A stretch of 64,000 bases of DNA from Calcarisporiella thermophila CBS 279.70 (lineage: Eukaryota > Fungi > Calcarisporiellomycota): assembly GCF_041956535.1 (NCBI RefSeq), contig NW_027192211.1:433995-497994 (forward strand), given 5' to 3'. A program made the position numbers and the translations under genes. The stretch's first letter is position 1. Every line of letters begins with the position of its first letter. The notes beneath the pieces are model-generated. The model made no database searches. It was not told the DNA's origin and saw nothing but the letters and a program-made list of their open reading frames with translations. Shown piece by piece: positions 38,960 through 52,460 of this stretch.

Positions 38960-40871
38960 TTAATCGCTCCGCCTTCGCTTCTTCTCGGGCTCCTCTTGGG
39001 GGTCATTTCTTAGCTCTGGCTGGGGTAATGGGTGGGGGAGATAGGGCGGCCGTTCACCTAGGCAGGAGGGAAAAGAAATCATAACCCAGGTTAATTTTCG
39101 AGAGTTCTACAAATTGGTTGTCAAAGTGAAATGAGCATGTACCGATTGTGGGGGCCAATGAGGGCAACGCTTTAAGGGAGGTTCTTACGAACGAGTCTCC
39201 AGGACCGGAGCGGAATATACCAGGATTTTGCCCCGGCGCTACGTCTCCATTGGCCATGGTTGGGCTCCCTACCGGTTCTGGGGATTGGCAACGAATAATC
39301 ACACCGCCCCCTTCGCCTGGATTATCTGCCCCTCCCCCGCCCGAGGGGGAGGAGGAGGAGGAGGAGGAGTTGTATGGATATTGGATGGGGGGGAGGGTGA
39401 ATGGCCGCACTGGGTGTTGTGCCTGATGCCCAAGCGGCACTTGAGAGTCGGAAAAACTACGGCCGCTAAGAGCCGGGACTAGCCGGGACTCGTAGCTTGC
39501 CGAGCTGCGAGCAGAGTTAGGCAGAGGCACTGGGCTCAACGCCCCGTCGCTGATGCTCTTCTGCCCCTGTGATCTAAAATGGTGCTGGTGGTGCTGGCGG
39601 TGCTGGTGCTGGTGCGGATGGTGGTGATGATGGTGATGGTGATGGTGATTAGGATGATGGTAGCTGTCAGAAGGCTGCGCTTCAACATGACTCCTTGTCA
39701 TTTCTTGTTGCAACGCAGTAGCTAAAGAGCAACAAGAACATCTCAGCAACTTAAGCAGGAAAAATTAGAGAGAAGAAGGGAGCGATGGTATAGGTTACCT
39801 TCGTGAGATAAACGCTGAGCAATTTTGATGTGATCATGGTTCGCTATGGTTAGGTTTAAATAACAGGACGCATTAGGGGGTGGCGAGTGTGAAACGGGAC
39901 CATATTCAAAGAGGAAAAAGGGAGGGCATCCATACCTTGTTGGCTACACATGAGATTGAGAAGGCTAATCGACTCAGAAAGCAGCTGCATAAAGCCAACG
40001 GTGCGTTAGATCCTCTCCCACTCAAGCCCTAACATCGTCAATGCCCATACCTTTTGTTGTGCCAGAGACATATTCCGCCAAGCAGACGTCTGCATTGCCT
40101 GGTTCTCATGACTCTGCCGGAGCTGCATATACCGTTGCTCCAATTCCCCCAGGTGCTTTACTATGGCATCCAGTCTCTCATCCTGTGCGTTATCCAGCGA
40201 TCCGCCAGCACTGGTCAAGGAGGGCTTGCCCATCCCAAGACTCGACTGCGATTTGGGGCACTTTCGCTTGATGTTGGCAAGCAGTTCGGGACGACCACGA
40301 AGAAAGGAGGGATGCTTGAATTCCCAGCAGGCCGAGTTCTGGGCATCGGGAGAGTTGGAGTGGAAGAGATCGTTGACTTTGTGAAAACCATACACTTTGT
40401 AATGAAGAAAACAAAAACATTAGAAATGCAGCAGGTATCCGGAGCAAATCCATTCGTGGAAGCTTTACTGTTCAGCTGCCTGACAAAGCTCTGCCAGTTG
40501 TTGTGCTTGAAGTATTGAGGAAGGATGGTGCGAGAGAATTCCGTCGGATCGGTTACGAAAAATATATCCCCCATATCGGCCCAACGGATGAGCTCGCTGT
40601 TTCGATCGTCTTCGAGCATACTAAGTTTGGCATGGATGAAAACAAATTAGAAACACAATCGGCTACCCCCTGCGGTGAACTTGTGAATCGGAATAGGAGC
40701 CCATTACCTGTGTAGTTTGTGGACGAATGCAGCCGTTGTTCCGCTCGAATTGGATGATTTGGTGGGCGAGCGAGTCGGCGAGGGTTGCGGCGAGGAGCTG
40801 CGGGCGGCAAATCCATTAAGAGGGGGTGCATCGTGGAGTGGCGGAGGTTTGGATACAAGGGCCTCTGACAT
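38960..40871 (-). CDS. HSF-type DNA-binding transcription factor, Sfl1-like, multi-exon, with a poly-His tract
   Basis: AFVHKL|MLED..LIRW...FSRTILPQYFKHNNWQSFVRQLN|MYGFHKVNDLFH..WEFKHPSFLRG..LLANIKRK followed by a coiled coil; basic C-terminus EKKRRRSD. Confidence 0.85.
39586..39660 (-). repeat. CAT/CAC/CAG trinucleotide tract encoding poly-His/His-Gln
   Basis: Encodes HHPNHHHHHHHHHPHQHQHRQHHQH within the HSF-type gene. Confidence 0.85.
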
Positions 40872-42664
40872 TGTCGCAGCTTTTGATGGAGTGGATGGAG
40901 ATTAGGAAGATGGAAGCGAGGAGAGAAAAAAGCGAGCGAAGGAAAATGGAATAAGACAAAAGCATAGAAGCCGTAGAACTTCCCTGCCTTCTGCTCTAGA
41001 AACCAAAGCATTTTTCTGCTACACAAATCCTAATTCTGTATTTCTGGGCATTGTCCACAGAAATTCCTCCTATTAATAATACCGATGAGTTGTCAAATAC
41101 ATCAAATTCGCTTTTGGTTCCCAGCCGCGGAGGCCCATTCGTTGGCCAAAGCCCCCCCCCCCCCTCTTCAAAGAGATCCTTCCTACCGCTCGGCTCGCCC
41201 TCTGCCCCGTGTGGAAACCCTCTCGATCTTCTAAGCCCACGGCCCACGGTGACCTCACCACTCCCCCTCGCAAGCGCAGAGAATTTGCTGGAAGCCGAGC
41301 ACAGCCTTGCATATTCCGCCGCCCCAAACCCTCTCCAAAATCATGAATTCCTCTTCCCATCCTTGACTCGGCACGGACCCTATCTCCACTGAATAAAGTA
41401 AGACGAGGCTCGCGCGTCGGCCAGGCCCTAGGGCTGCGAGCCCCAAACATGGTCGCTAGCCGCGCCAAACGAGAAGAGTGTCGGAAAATAGGTTAACCGT
41501 AAGGAGCTCCGGGTGTGACACGGTGTTGAGGAGAGAAACCTATCCCAAAGTTCCGAAGGCGTGTGCCGCCAGGAGTGAATCAGGGCCGAGACAAGCTCGG
41601 GTGAATTCAGCGGTTCTCCGAAGCCTACCCCGGGCGGGGAGGCGAGGAGCTGCGACAGCTTTCCTTGCAACCCTGTAAATCTTGCGCAGGACTCCATCCC
41701 TTGCAGCTAAGCATCATAATGAACACTCGCGGTTGCGAAATTGGATAATCTTTTCTCCGGAAGTGGCGAGAAGGGGGTGTCTTCAAATCAAGTTATACAC
41801 GGCATGGCAGTTCGTGAGTCTGGGTCTTGACGCATAAAGCATAATTTGCATCCTCTGCAGTGTCTGATCTTCAACGGAAGATTCAGCATCACGCTCAACA
41901 TTAAAAACTCGTTTCAAAGGTCCTCTTCATTTATACAAGACCTACATTTCTATAACTATTGTCAAGGTATTCGGTCCAGATGCGGCGAAAATGGAGCAGT
42001 TTATTCTTGAAAGATAACCAATGCAGCCCAACCGTTAAGGTTTCTTGAAAGAATTATATCATATGATCCCACATGGCACAAAGTATCGAGAATTCCACCG
42101 AAGAAAGATCTTTTGTAGCAACAAATTCAAATTTTAAGCCTATTCCCCAGATTTGAACCTGAAAACACAAACACTATATAAGAAATGTTTGTGCAAGTGT
42201 CGAACGCTTCAACGATATGAAAAAAAAAGCACAGGCAATCTCGTCAATGTACAATGATGCTTAATCCCAATACGTGTTTAAAGAAAATCACTAGTAAAAA
42301 TACCAGAAAAATCGACGGAATATCTTGGGATATTTTCTATGCTGATTCGATTTTTTAGCTGCCATCCATTTAGCGTCCTCAAGCGTGAATAGCAACGTTA
42401 GCTCCACTTCAGATGGTGTATCGGATTCATCGCTTAATACCTCGTCCTAGTTTGGATTTTTTTATACGATGGATTATTGAAGCAGAGACTTTATGGCAGC
42501 AATTGCTAGGTGTAAGAGTTGCATCAGCTAGAGGTGTGAAAGGGGCATGTTGGAAACATCAAGCCAGCCGGGTTTAATGAAAATAAACAAGAAAAATCGA
42601 CAACACACGCATCCTCTACTGAAACATGACTTTTATGTATATATATATATATGTATGCATGATA

Positions 42665-44417
42665 TCATCCAACTCCTTTTGAGCCCCCCGATTTTGCTCT
42701 CTCTTCCTCGCCAGCATACGTCCCAGATACCACTCTCGACTTTCCCTTTCTCCACCTATTCCTCCGCTTAATATCCAATTGCGAGGAAAGGCCACGACGA
42801 CCCTCCCGTTTATCTTCAGAATCAGCCAAATCAGCCAGGGCAAGCATAGTATCCACATCCACAATTCGACGCCGAATTGCCTCAGGGTGCAGAGACCGGT
42901 CCTCCGACGTGGCATGTGACTGTTGTTGTAGTTGCTGGCGCTGATGGGGCTGTGACTGGGGGCTCTGCTTTAGCTGCTGTGGCTGTCTTCGATTCGGGCT
43001 GGTTCTGACCGCAATCTCGCGCAGCTTCTCAGAGGCATTTGGGTGAGGGCCAGTGGCCTTGAAAGGGGTGGTGGCCGTAGTGGTCAGCGTGGTCCCAAGC
43101 AGGGTCGAATGGCTGGTGGTTGGCATTCGCATATTTTGTTCGTATTGCTGGGCCCATACGACGTGGTCGATCGTAAGGTAGGAAGAAGGCTGATCCGAGC
43201 GCCCACGGTGGAGCGAGAGGACGGGAATGGACTCGGCCACCGACTGCTGTTGACAAAGCTGGTGTAATTTTGGCCAGCGTTGGTAGGCTTTCTTGCTGTT
43301 GAGGTGGTGCTCGGATGGAAGAAGGGCTTCGAGGCGGCGAAGATTTTGAAAGATGTCAGCGAGAGTGTGCTGTGTTTGCTCAACCTGGTCTGCTATTTTG
43401 CTAACTATAGAGAGAAAAATTCGCAAGGAGAAGGGTATTGAGGGTGGAACTAAGTTTTAAAAGCATACCAATGGAGAGCTCCCCTGTATCTATTGCTGTT
43501 CGCTGGATGCAATCATTAATGGTATGCGTCGTCTTAGCTGCTATGTCATCTACATGTTGAATGTCCCTGGCAAGTGAATCCTTTTCATACGGAAGAGAAG
43601 AGAAAAAAAAGTATCGAGGATATAAGCATAGAAAATCTCGTTATTTGTCCCTCCTCCTTACCTGATGCCCACATAGTTCTTCTGAACACCGCTGAAGATG
43701 CATTTGATAGAGATGGAGCATCTCGAATATTGGGTCAGAGTCGAAAAACTCTATTGAACACAAAGTCAGTCCATGGTTGAAGCTGGTTCCAGCAAAAAAA
43801 GATGTACCAACCGTCATCGCTGGTCTTACTTGCAAAGCTCCAGAACCCACTTAATCGAAAGCTGGTATCTTGAGGTTTATAGAAAGGCTCAAACTAGGAA
43901 TCAAGGGGATCCATGTTTTCATATTTTATGTTTATGGTATTTGAACAATGAAGAAGTTACCCTGTACGTTTGATTTAATTTCACCAGGGCTGGATCGAGC
44001 TCTTCACTTGGTCCACTTACGACGGTAACTATGCCCTACTCATTTTAAACAAAAAAAAGGAATATTGAGCGTGGACTCGATAAAAAAAAGAGGGAGGGGG
44101 AGAGGCTCAGGCGGCTGGTCGAGAACGCATACCTCATCGGGCTCCGAAGTGCGGATCGCCTCTCCCTCGGGTATATTCCATGATAACCGTCGCTCAACCA
44201 CGGAAATGGAACGCTTGCCGCGTGAACGGTCAGAGATATGAGGAGGCGGCTTGAGAGAAGTGGGCCGCGGTTTAGAGGGAGTATGCTTGTGGGAATGGGG
44301 GTTGCGACGCGAAGAATTCGCTGAAGATGACTGGTCTTGGCCCTAGGAATGGAATCGATGATTAGAATCAATTCCGCTTTGAATATGGTTGCATCAGAGT
44401 TGGCCAATAGTTACCAT
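42665..44417 (-). CDS. BORCS5: BORC subunit 5 (myrlysin/LOH12CR1) homologue with a low-complexity C-terminal extension; first coding exon is the ATG only
   Basis: Spliced M|GQDQSS (N-myristoylation motif), GIVTVVSG..DPALVKLNQ..|FEPF, FDSDPIFEMLHLYQMHLQRCSEELCGHQ|DSLARDIQHVDD...LRRLEALLPSEHHL; matches recalled human [72 protein letters not shown]. Confidence 0.8.
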
Positions 44418-45328
44418 GACACCTTGAAATTTTCAATGTCTAGTAATACTAAATCTCTGAATACAAGTATTAAGAAGTGTTAAGTCGCGTTTTGCCGTTG
44501 AATATCCCGCAGGATTATTCCACAGGGGATAAAACCAATTTGATTTCTCATTACTATTCGGTGATCAAATCTCCTCGCGTAGCTTTCCATTCGTGAAATA
44601 TCAAGGGACGAGTGTCTGAAGCCGATTATACCTCGAAAGAAATGCGAAGCAAAAAATTTAGTGTCTTTCTATCCTCATGTTGCCGGTTCCCGGTAGCTTA
44701 TCCCTTCTTTCAGCTTCTATCCAGATTACTTAACCGGAGTAGCAAAATTGGACGAGGCTTCCCCTCAAAACGCCATCTGACAACCTATCTCTTACAACCG
44801 TTTTAGAGGCAGGAGAAGAAGCACCAAGTCTGACTAAGTCTGGCTCTATTAGACTCACTTTGCCACCTTTTGACAACTGCACTTTTCGGCCATTGGTTTC
44901 CTAAAACGCTGCTACCACCTCAAGATGACACCCTCAAAAGTGCGTGTTTGCGGGAAAAGTCGCGCCATTGTGTGCGACTCTGTTGCCATACCGTGGAATC
45001 TTATCTTGGTTTGGCCGGCATGGTTGCCAATAGAATTGCCGGGGACTGCGAAAAAAAAAAGCTTTCTCTCGGAAATGTCTTCCGTGAAGAGGTGAGGTTA
45101 TGTATCGACGAATCTGTATTTTAAATCAATGTAAAACAGCGGTAATAAAAAAAAAAATACAAGACATAGCACAAGTTTATGAAAGTTGATAGGCAGAGGG
45201 GAGGAGGGGGAGGGAGAAGAGGGAGGAAAGGGTTGTGGAAATCAGAGTAACAGTCAGATGAGAAGGAGCCTCGCACTAGAAATAAGCCGGCCTGGGAAAC
45301 AGATCCAAACGAGTCAATAGCGGAAACA

Positions 45329-46700
45329 CTAAATTTGTAAATCCCCAAGGGACTCGTCTATGTGCCTCAATCGCAGGAAGACGTCGCAGCCCCACCCATG
45401 TAGCGACACCAGGTCAATGGAGCCTCCGAAGTATTGGGCGTAGATTCTCGCGAGTGGAAGCCCGAACCCAAGCCCGGCAATGGGTCCGCCAATGCCGGTC
45501 TGCATGGAGGTTTTCGTGATGGTGGTGAAGATGTTCTCGCCTCCATCGCCTCCCGCGAGATCATCGGGTTTGACGGTGGTATACGAGTAGTCGAAAATCG
45601 AGGGTAAGTCGCGGGGCTCCACGCCTCCGCCCTGATCCCGCAGACGAATACCAATCTCCTCCGCACCCCGAGACACGGTGACCTCGACGGGCGGGTGATG
45701 GAGCCGGCCCGTTCGCTGCGAGTGCTCTACCGTTGCGCGGAAGCTGTTCTTCAAGAGTTCGCAGATGATGTACTCTAGATGCACGGGGATATAGGTGAAC
45801 TCGGCCTCGGTTTCTCCGGAAATGACAATCTCGGGTGCGGAGCCATAGTGCACGTCGCAAAGGTCCTGGACGAAGTTGGCCGAGGTGCGGATTAACTTGG
45901 CGGGATTGAGTCGGGTATGAATGATGCCGATATGCTCGGGGCCATGGGAGTGATGGAGGGCGATTGTTTGCTCCGCAATCAGCCGAATTCCAATCCGGGC
46001 ACGGATCATCTCGTCGAGAAACGCCTTGATATCTTTTGGAGACATGTATTTCTTGCACTCGAGGAACCCTGAGGGTGAGAATTGGATTAGTACAAAAGCC
46101 AATAGAGGCGGAAGGCATGGTGCGGACAAACTAGTCACCTCGTGCTAATGTGGGGATAATGTTGGCATGTCCCTCCACAAGCCCCTCGAGCATCTCCACA
46201 AATCTCTCGTCCTCCTCCGGGGTGGTCACTTCTGGAAACGCACCAATGGATACTAATGAATCGTAGTACAGTTTATACACATTGCGGATATATGGATTGG
46301 TTCCGACGATAAACGGCAAATTCTGCAAAGCACGCACTCGTCGTGCCAGTCTTACTGGCAGTTCACTTCGAGCATATCGGGCCGAGTCGAGCATTTTCTC
46401 AAATGTTAATGGTGGCTGACCCAGCTGCATTAGCCGCTTGAGAGTCACCGGATGGATTTCCCGTTGGGCATACTGCAAGAGAAATGGCGATGTTAATGTT
46501 AGTTTTCTTGATGATTTGCAATGTCATCATCTAACATGGCTTGTCGGCGATGCCGATTTTACCTTTGCCACCTTGTCATCGTAGAAAGGAATGACTTCCT
46601 TGTGAGATTCTGGTACAGTTGCGGTGGTAAGGGCTCTGCTGAAGGGGAAGGGCTTGAGATGAAAGGCAAGAGCTCGCGATCGATGAACCGCACGTAACAT
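45329..46700 (-). CDS. Mitochondrial alpha-ketoacid dehydrogenase kinase (BCKDK/PDK family), 3 exons
   Basis: Presequence MLRAVHRSR; ELPVRLARRVRALQNLPF, RIGIRLIAEQ, HLEYIICELLKNSFRAT (N box), RDQGGG, IFDYSYTT, IAGLGFGLPLARIYAQYFGG. Confidence 0.93.
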
Positions 46701-47141
46701 TTTTCAGAGGAATGTGCTTTGTAAGGAGGAGAAAAGGTGTGTGGAGGGTGGAAAATCAAGCAGCAAAAAAAAAAATCCCACGATAATTTGACTGCGCACA
46801 AATGCTCATTTTCTGACATATTATGAGCTAAATTATCAAGCTCACGACGGCAGCACAGGATGCAACAATCCATGGGGAGAGGGGGAGTTTGGGATCGGAA
46901 AAGAGACCCTCTCAAGTGGCTCTGGAATGGAGGGCAATAAGGTAGGTTTAATTTAGAAGTACAACAATGGACTCCACACTGACACCAATGCAGCTGAACA
47001 GTCCCGGGCTTCTCCAAGGAAATTCGGCCCAGGTTCCAAAAAAGAGGAGATGCATGGAGCACCCCCGTGTTCCAACCTAATAACCTTTCCCCCCAAAAAG
47101 GCGGGAAGCATTACGAAACCGCTCGACAACTCCCATTCCCA

Positions 47142-50100
47142 CTAAAATAGCCTTCTCGCTATCCCACGGTCATGGCCCATTAGCCTTTGCCTCCTTGGGT
47201 TAACCTTTACGGATCTAGTAGGTTTGGAGCTTAACATGCTTTTCCTGAATTCGAATGAAAAAAATAAAAATCTTACTGGGGCGTCCGCTCTTTCATCCCG
47301 GCGGCGTACAACCACCATGCCAACATAGCACGCTGTTTGATTGCGCGTTCATGGTATGAAGCCGCGTACACCATCTTCCGCTCTGCTTCAAATGTGCGAT
47401 CAGCCATTGCCATTCGCCAGTGCTCGAAAGCCTGCTCGAGGAGAAAATTACGATGCAGCATGTAAGCCTGCTTCCACTGATGTATCCAGTCAGGCTGTGG
47501 TTGCAGTTGAGAAGGCATTTCGAAATGGGATCTGAAGATAGTGAAGGCTTCTTGGAGTAAATCTCGTCGGTAAAAGTCTTGGGCCAACTGTTTCGAAGCT
47601 GTAGGGACAAACCATAAAAAGGGGAGTTAATAAAATAAAAGATGAAGGGAGGAGTGGGAGGAGTATGGTTGGCACCTTGCCATTGTTGATTTTTTTTCCT
47701 CCAACTTTGGAAAGCCTTCGACTTTAACTGCAAGAGTCGAGCTCTTCTCAACGTAGACCAGTGTCGCCAACATCGCAGCACTTCCCGAACTATAACATGG
47801 CCGTGTCGTTTCTCCATAACCGTTCGCCACCGTTCCCAGGCTGCACTGAGATCGACCTTTAATTTGCGGGATTCGAAGTGGGCTCGCATCGCTTCCAGTT
47901 GCTGTTTCCTCTCGAAGACCTGCAACAATTGGCGACGCCGCAATTCTCGACCGAGATAAGTATCTCTCCAGGCATGGATATGCTGCAGCAATACGAGTCT
48001 CGAGCGAGAGGCGATGATATCTTCGCTTATTCGCATCAGCTTACGGAGAGCATAGAATTGAGCCTTCCAATGTACGAAAAAGCGACACTGCGCTCGAAAA
48101 AGGTGTAGCTGTTTTCCGGCATCTACTTCAAGCTTCTGTGCAGTCTCACTCGCTAATCTACCCCGTGATAGCACAATCTCCACCGCCTTCTCGCATCGCC
48201 TTCTTATTGTTATGGCTCGCTCCAGCTTATTCATTACACTTTGCATTATTTGCATTCGCCTTTTTGTTATAATTGTCTCCTCAATCTGTTCGAGTTGCTT
48301 CAGCCGCATTATAAGCTTCCAACGGTCAAAATGGCTCATTAACATCCGATATAAGTATTGACGGTGGGCTGCAATAGAAAGGCGCTGCTCGTTGGCATAT
48401 AGGATACTTTTTTGATTCCAATATTTGAAGCTGATCTTTAGTTTTTCCATGGTGTGCCAGTCCGAAGCACGTCTCCAATTCCGAGCGGTAATGTGGAGAC
48501 GTCTAAACCACTGGTCCATAGATTGTTGCAGTAATCGTTCACGATTAGCCTTCCCTGCTCTTGCTGGCCTAACATCTTGTGACACAACCCATCTTTTCAT
48601 CCAAATTCCAAACGCTCTGCGTTGCTGAGCCGTTCTCAATTTACCTTCAACCTCAGATTCCCTCTTTCTATCCAAGGCTACCTTCTGCCTCCACCTCGAA
48701 AGTGTCTGGCTCTTCAATAAAAGCTCCCAGTTGTTCACTGCTACAGCTCTAAGCTTCGTGCTGGATTTTGTTTTTTCAATACAGATATCAAATGCCATTC
48801 TCGTAACTTCTTTTCTGTGCCGCTCTAGTACATCACGCTCTAGGTTCAACTGCGCTCGATTTATTAAACGCCATTCTGTAAAAGAATTGCGAAGGAGTGC
48901 TCTGTTTCGCTGTTTTGTTTTCTCCTCCAACATCTCTAAAAGTTGGCGTGACTTATTAGAGGCTGTTCGTAAGGCAAGCCAAAGCCTACGTTGAAGAATC
49001 GCCTCCCAGAGATCAGCCGCAAGCTGCTGCTGTTGCTTGCAAACACGAGCGTGAGCGCGTAGTTTAGCCAGGGCAAGCAAAAGTGCACCGTCAGACGAAG
49101 GGATTTTAGCCCTGTTTAAGAGACTTTCCAGTTAATATTCGGTGAAATTTTCAACGCTAAAAGCAGATAGAAGCCTTACCCTGCCCTGAGGGGATATCGT
49201 TCAAAATACTTAATAAGCCATATCTTAATGCACCGATCTATAAGGGTGAGAAAGTAAACCAGTGTATTCAAACAAGAAATGCGAGCCGTGTGGCCATAGT
49301 CCATGCTTCCTTGTGGAAAGGCTTACCAGCCATTCTTCTACGCCAAAATTCCCATGCAACCCGCTCTCTCTCCCGAATCTTAACCTGTCTTTCCCACTTC
49401 TTCATATACACCTTCGTCTTCCAGATACGGGCTTCTTTTTCGCCTCTTCTCGCTACCTCCCTCCATTTCAGGAACCAATGCCGCTGTTTTTCACTCATAT
49501 AATCCTTCAGCTTATGTTGACACCAATAAGTCTGACGCCAAAGATGGAAGCGATAATGCACCGTCATTTCCCGTATAAAGCGATGGGCAGCAAGAGAACG
49601 ACGATGTGAGATATGGAGATTTTGGAACCAGTGGGCAAGGGTACGTCTACAGGTCAAATAGGTGAATAAAGATGCTTAGGAAAATTGCCAATGCCCCCTA
49701 TTTACCTCTCCATAGAAAACCACCGATATACGTGGGCTAATTCTCTCCCATCTCTCATAAAATCATACCGACTTGTCCATTTCATGAAAATTTTCTTCGT
49801 GACAACCTAAGTGTATTAATGTAAGATATCATCAAGTGTAATGGCAGAACGGGTTCAGTATATACCTGCTGACCCTTGAGTTCGAAATCGATGGCAAGGG
49901 CATTCGTAAACTTAAGAGCTCGAGCGCGGGCTCGCCATTCTGAAAGCAGATATAAATCTGTTAATCACAAATGCTACCACATGTAAACTAGAGATCAGAT
50001 CGTACTTTGAAGGGCCCGCCGAAGCTCATCTCGTCGCCGAAGTAATTCCCACTCCCTCTCGAATTTCGATTTATAGCTCGATCTAATTAAAGACCGTCCA

Positions 50101-52273
50101 TTAATCCGACTAATTGCATCGATGCATTTTCGAACAAAGTTCATTACTTTCTCACCCAGCCGTAGAACATATTCCCCAAGAGTGCATAGTAATGAAATCC
50201 ATCTGCCTCTTTCTGCCTCTGGTTAAGAAGTTCCAATTGCACACACCAGAGCCTCATTGTTTTCGAGAGGAGATGCACATCTGATCTAGTCTGAAGATTT
50301 CAAGAAGATAAGTCAATGTAGTAGTAGCTTTAACGCTTAATTTCTTTTACCCTAGATTGAGCACCCTTTTCCCTTCTAGAGACTAACTTCTTGCACCAAT
50401 TAACCCAAGCCGAGCGGAGCAGAAGTTGGTTCGTAGCTGTTTCATGGAAATATTGGCAGGTACATTAAACTCGGAACTCTACCTATAATTCTGATTGCAA
50501 CTACCTTTGGAAGTGAAAGAATGCCTTCGTCTCCAATGCTTAAAACATTTCCTGATGGTTTGCTGGCGAAAAAGCGCTCTTGCCCGCCAAGTTTTAAATC
50601 GAATCTTCATATTGTACACGGCACGCTTCATGACAATGCGATTCGCCTCTAATACTAATTGCTGAAAGTTGTCTTATGCTATTAGCATGCTTGTTGTATT
50701 TCTCAAAAAAAAAAAACATGAACGTACAGTTTGATAATCGGCTCGCTTTCGCCAGTGAGTAAGGTACCGACGAGAAACGGTATAGTCACCAAGCTCCAAG
50801 CCCTCGTTGAAAGATCTCTCTAGATAACCTCTATTTAACAATAAAAACAATGATAGGTGACCAATTTGTAGATTTTACTACACTCGTGTAGCTTACATTT
50901 TATTTTGCCATTTAGCAAACCATTTCTTTTCATATCTACTCAGGGCCGTTGCATTCTGCAGCTGTATTGATCTTGATCGCTGTAGCCATTGCTGAAAGTG
51001 GCATGACATTATGTGGTATAGATTATTTTGTAAGAAAGGGTGTGCCTTTTGGTTGGTATCTAAGATAGCAATATATCTAAATTGCATAGGATTTGTCAAT
51101 ACAGCTTATCGTGGTTGAAATAATATAGTCAAAAATTCAACTATACTTTTGCTCCCAGCGTTGCAGGCAGATGGCTTGGAGACAGGCTCGCTGAAAGCTA
51201 TTTGCCAATCCATACAATTGCACTGTTCACAGATATATATACACCGATAAATTATGTGAGTTAATCCAAGTCAGTAATAGTATGCTTACTTCTATGTTTC
51301 GCCAGAACCCACGTGTTCCATACTCCCCTAATCGAAAAGTAGCTCGCCACCATGCTAGCCTTTTCTGCGTCGTCCATATTCACTAATGCCTTCCTTCTCC
51401 AAGCCTATTTGCAAATTCGAATGAAGCTAAAACCTTTCATTATAACCTCATCAAATCCACTTTGAACTTACCACAAAATATCTCCGAGTCACCTCATCAT
51501 CGTAGCTCTTAGAGATGGATCTTTCCTTCACTCTTCCTCCTTGAACACCCATTTTCCCTCTCCATATTTTAAACGAACGCCTTACTTGCCACGTATTACA
51601 TAGCTCCTCCACGATCAGCTGTTCTCTTTTCACAGCCTCTTTCCATGCTAGCAGCACACGTCCTACTCTGAAATTTTCGATATTCCTGTCTTTGTTCCGC
51701 GTGCGTATAATTGCCATGGTGCGCCATAGAGATAGATAGCGACGGAATAATGTGCGCCGGTGCACTTTTGATGCGAAGAGCCATTGTTGGAGCATATGGG
51801 CACGAATTTGGCGCATTCGTGAGGTATAGCTAATAGGAAGAAATGAACAAATGAGTTAGGGGGAGATAAGTCTCGAAAATGAAACTAACATCTTCCATGC
51901 AATGAAACAGAGCTTTAGTTCATAGTTAGAGGCACGAAATGAATGACTCGCGTCTTGAGAGGTTTGTACTGGACTCCTAAAAACACCAAAACGGAAAGTT
52001 GTAAAGTGAAAAGCAACTCAATGATAAGCACAATTTTCCTCAAGCACATACAGAGACATATCTTCGAGTCCGATCGTTCGAACGCGAGATTGTGCTGCAA
52101 TTAAATGAAATGAGTATTGGTTGCCAACTCCCAATCGAATTTATTAGTATAAAAATACCAGAAGGAGTGCTGTGATTAATGCCATTTCCTTCAATTATAT
52201 AGCTGAATTCGGGGGGAGGTGGATGAGTGAGATGTTCCGCTCCATGATACTCTGGAAGGGGGGATCGCGACAT
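47142..52273 (-). CDS. SFI1: Sfi1-like centrin-binding spindle-pole-body protein, many exons (3' end at 47142 or 47273)
   Basis: Dozens of Sfi1-type repeats A-x7-LL-x3-F/L-x2-W (LLRNSFTEW, LLKSQTLSRW, LLQQSMDQW, LLEQAFEHW, LLRSAWVNW) across about 5 kb. Confidence 0.8.
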
Positions 52274-52460
52274 TATTCTCCATCTCTTTGACGCGATAAG
52301 AGACTTAAGGAAATCTTAACGAGGCACCCGTGGCTGATTTACCATCGAGGACGTCACACAAATTTGACTAGAGTGTGTACCTTATTGCTTGCCAAGTATT
52401 GACGCCTATAGCATATTATGTACACGGTTTTCGTGGAAACCACAGAAAAGGATTAAATTT

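Noticed and set aside
42300-42450. Exon-like minus-strand stretch DEVLSDESDTPSEVELTLLFTLEDAKWM flanked by AG/GT
   Set aside because: No consistent start or downstream exons could be assembled; insufficient support for a gene
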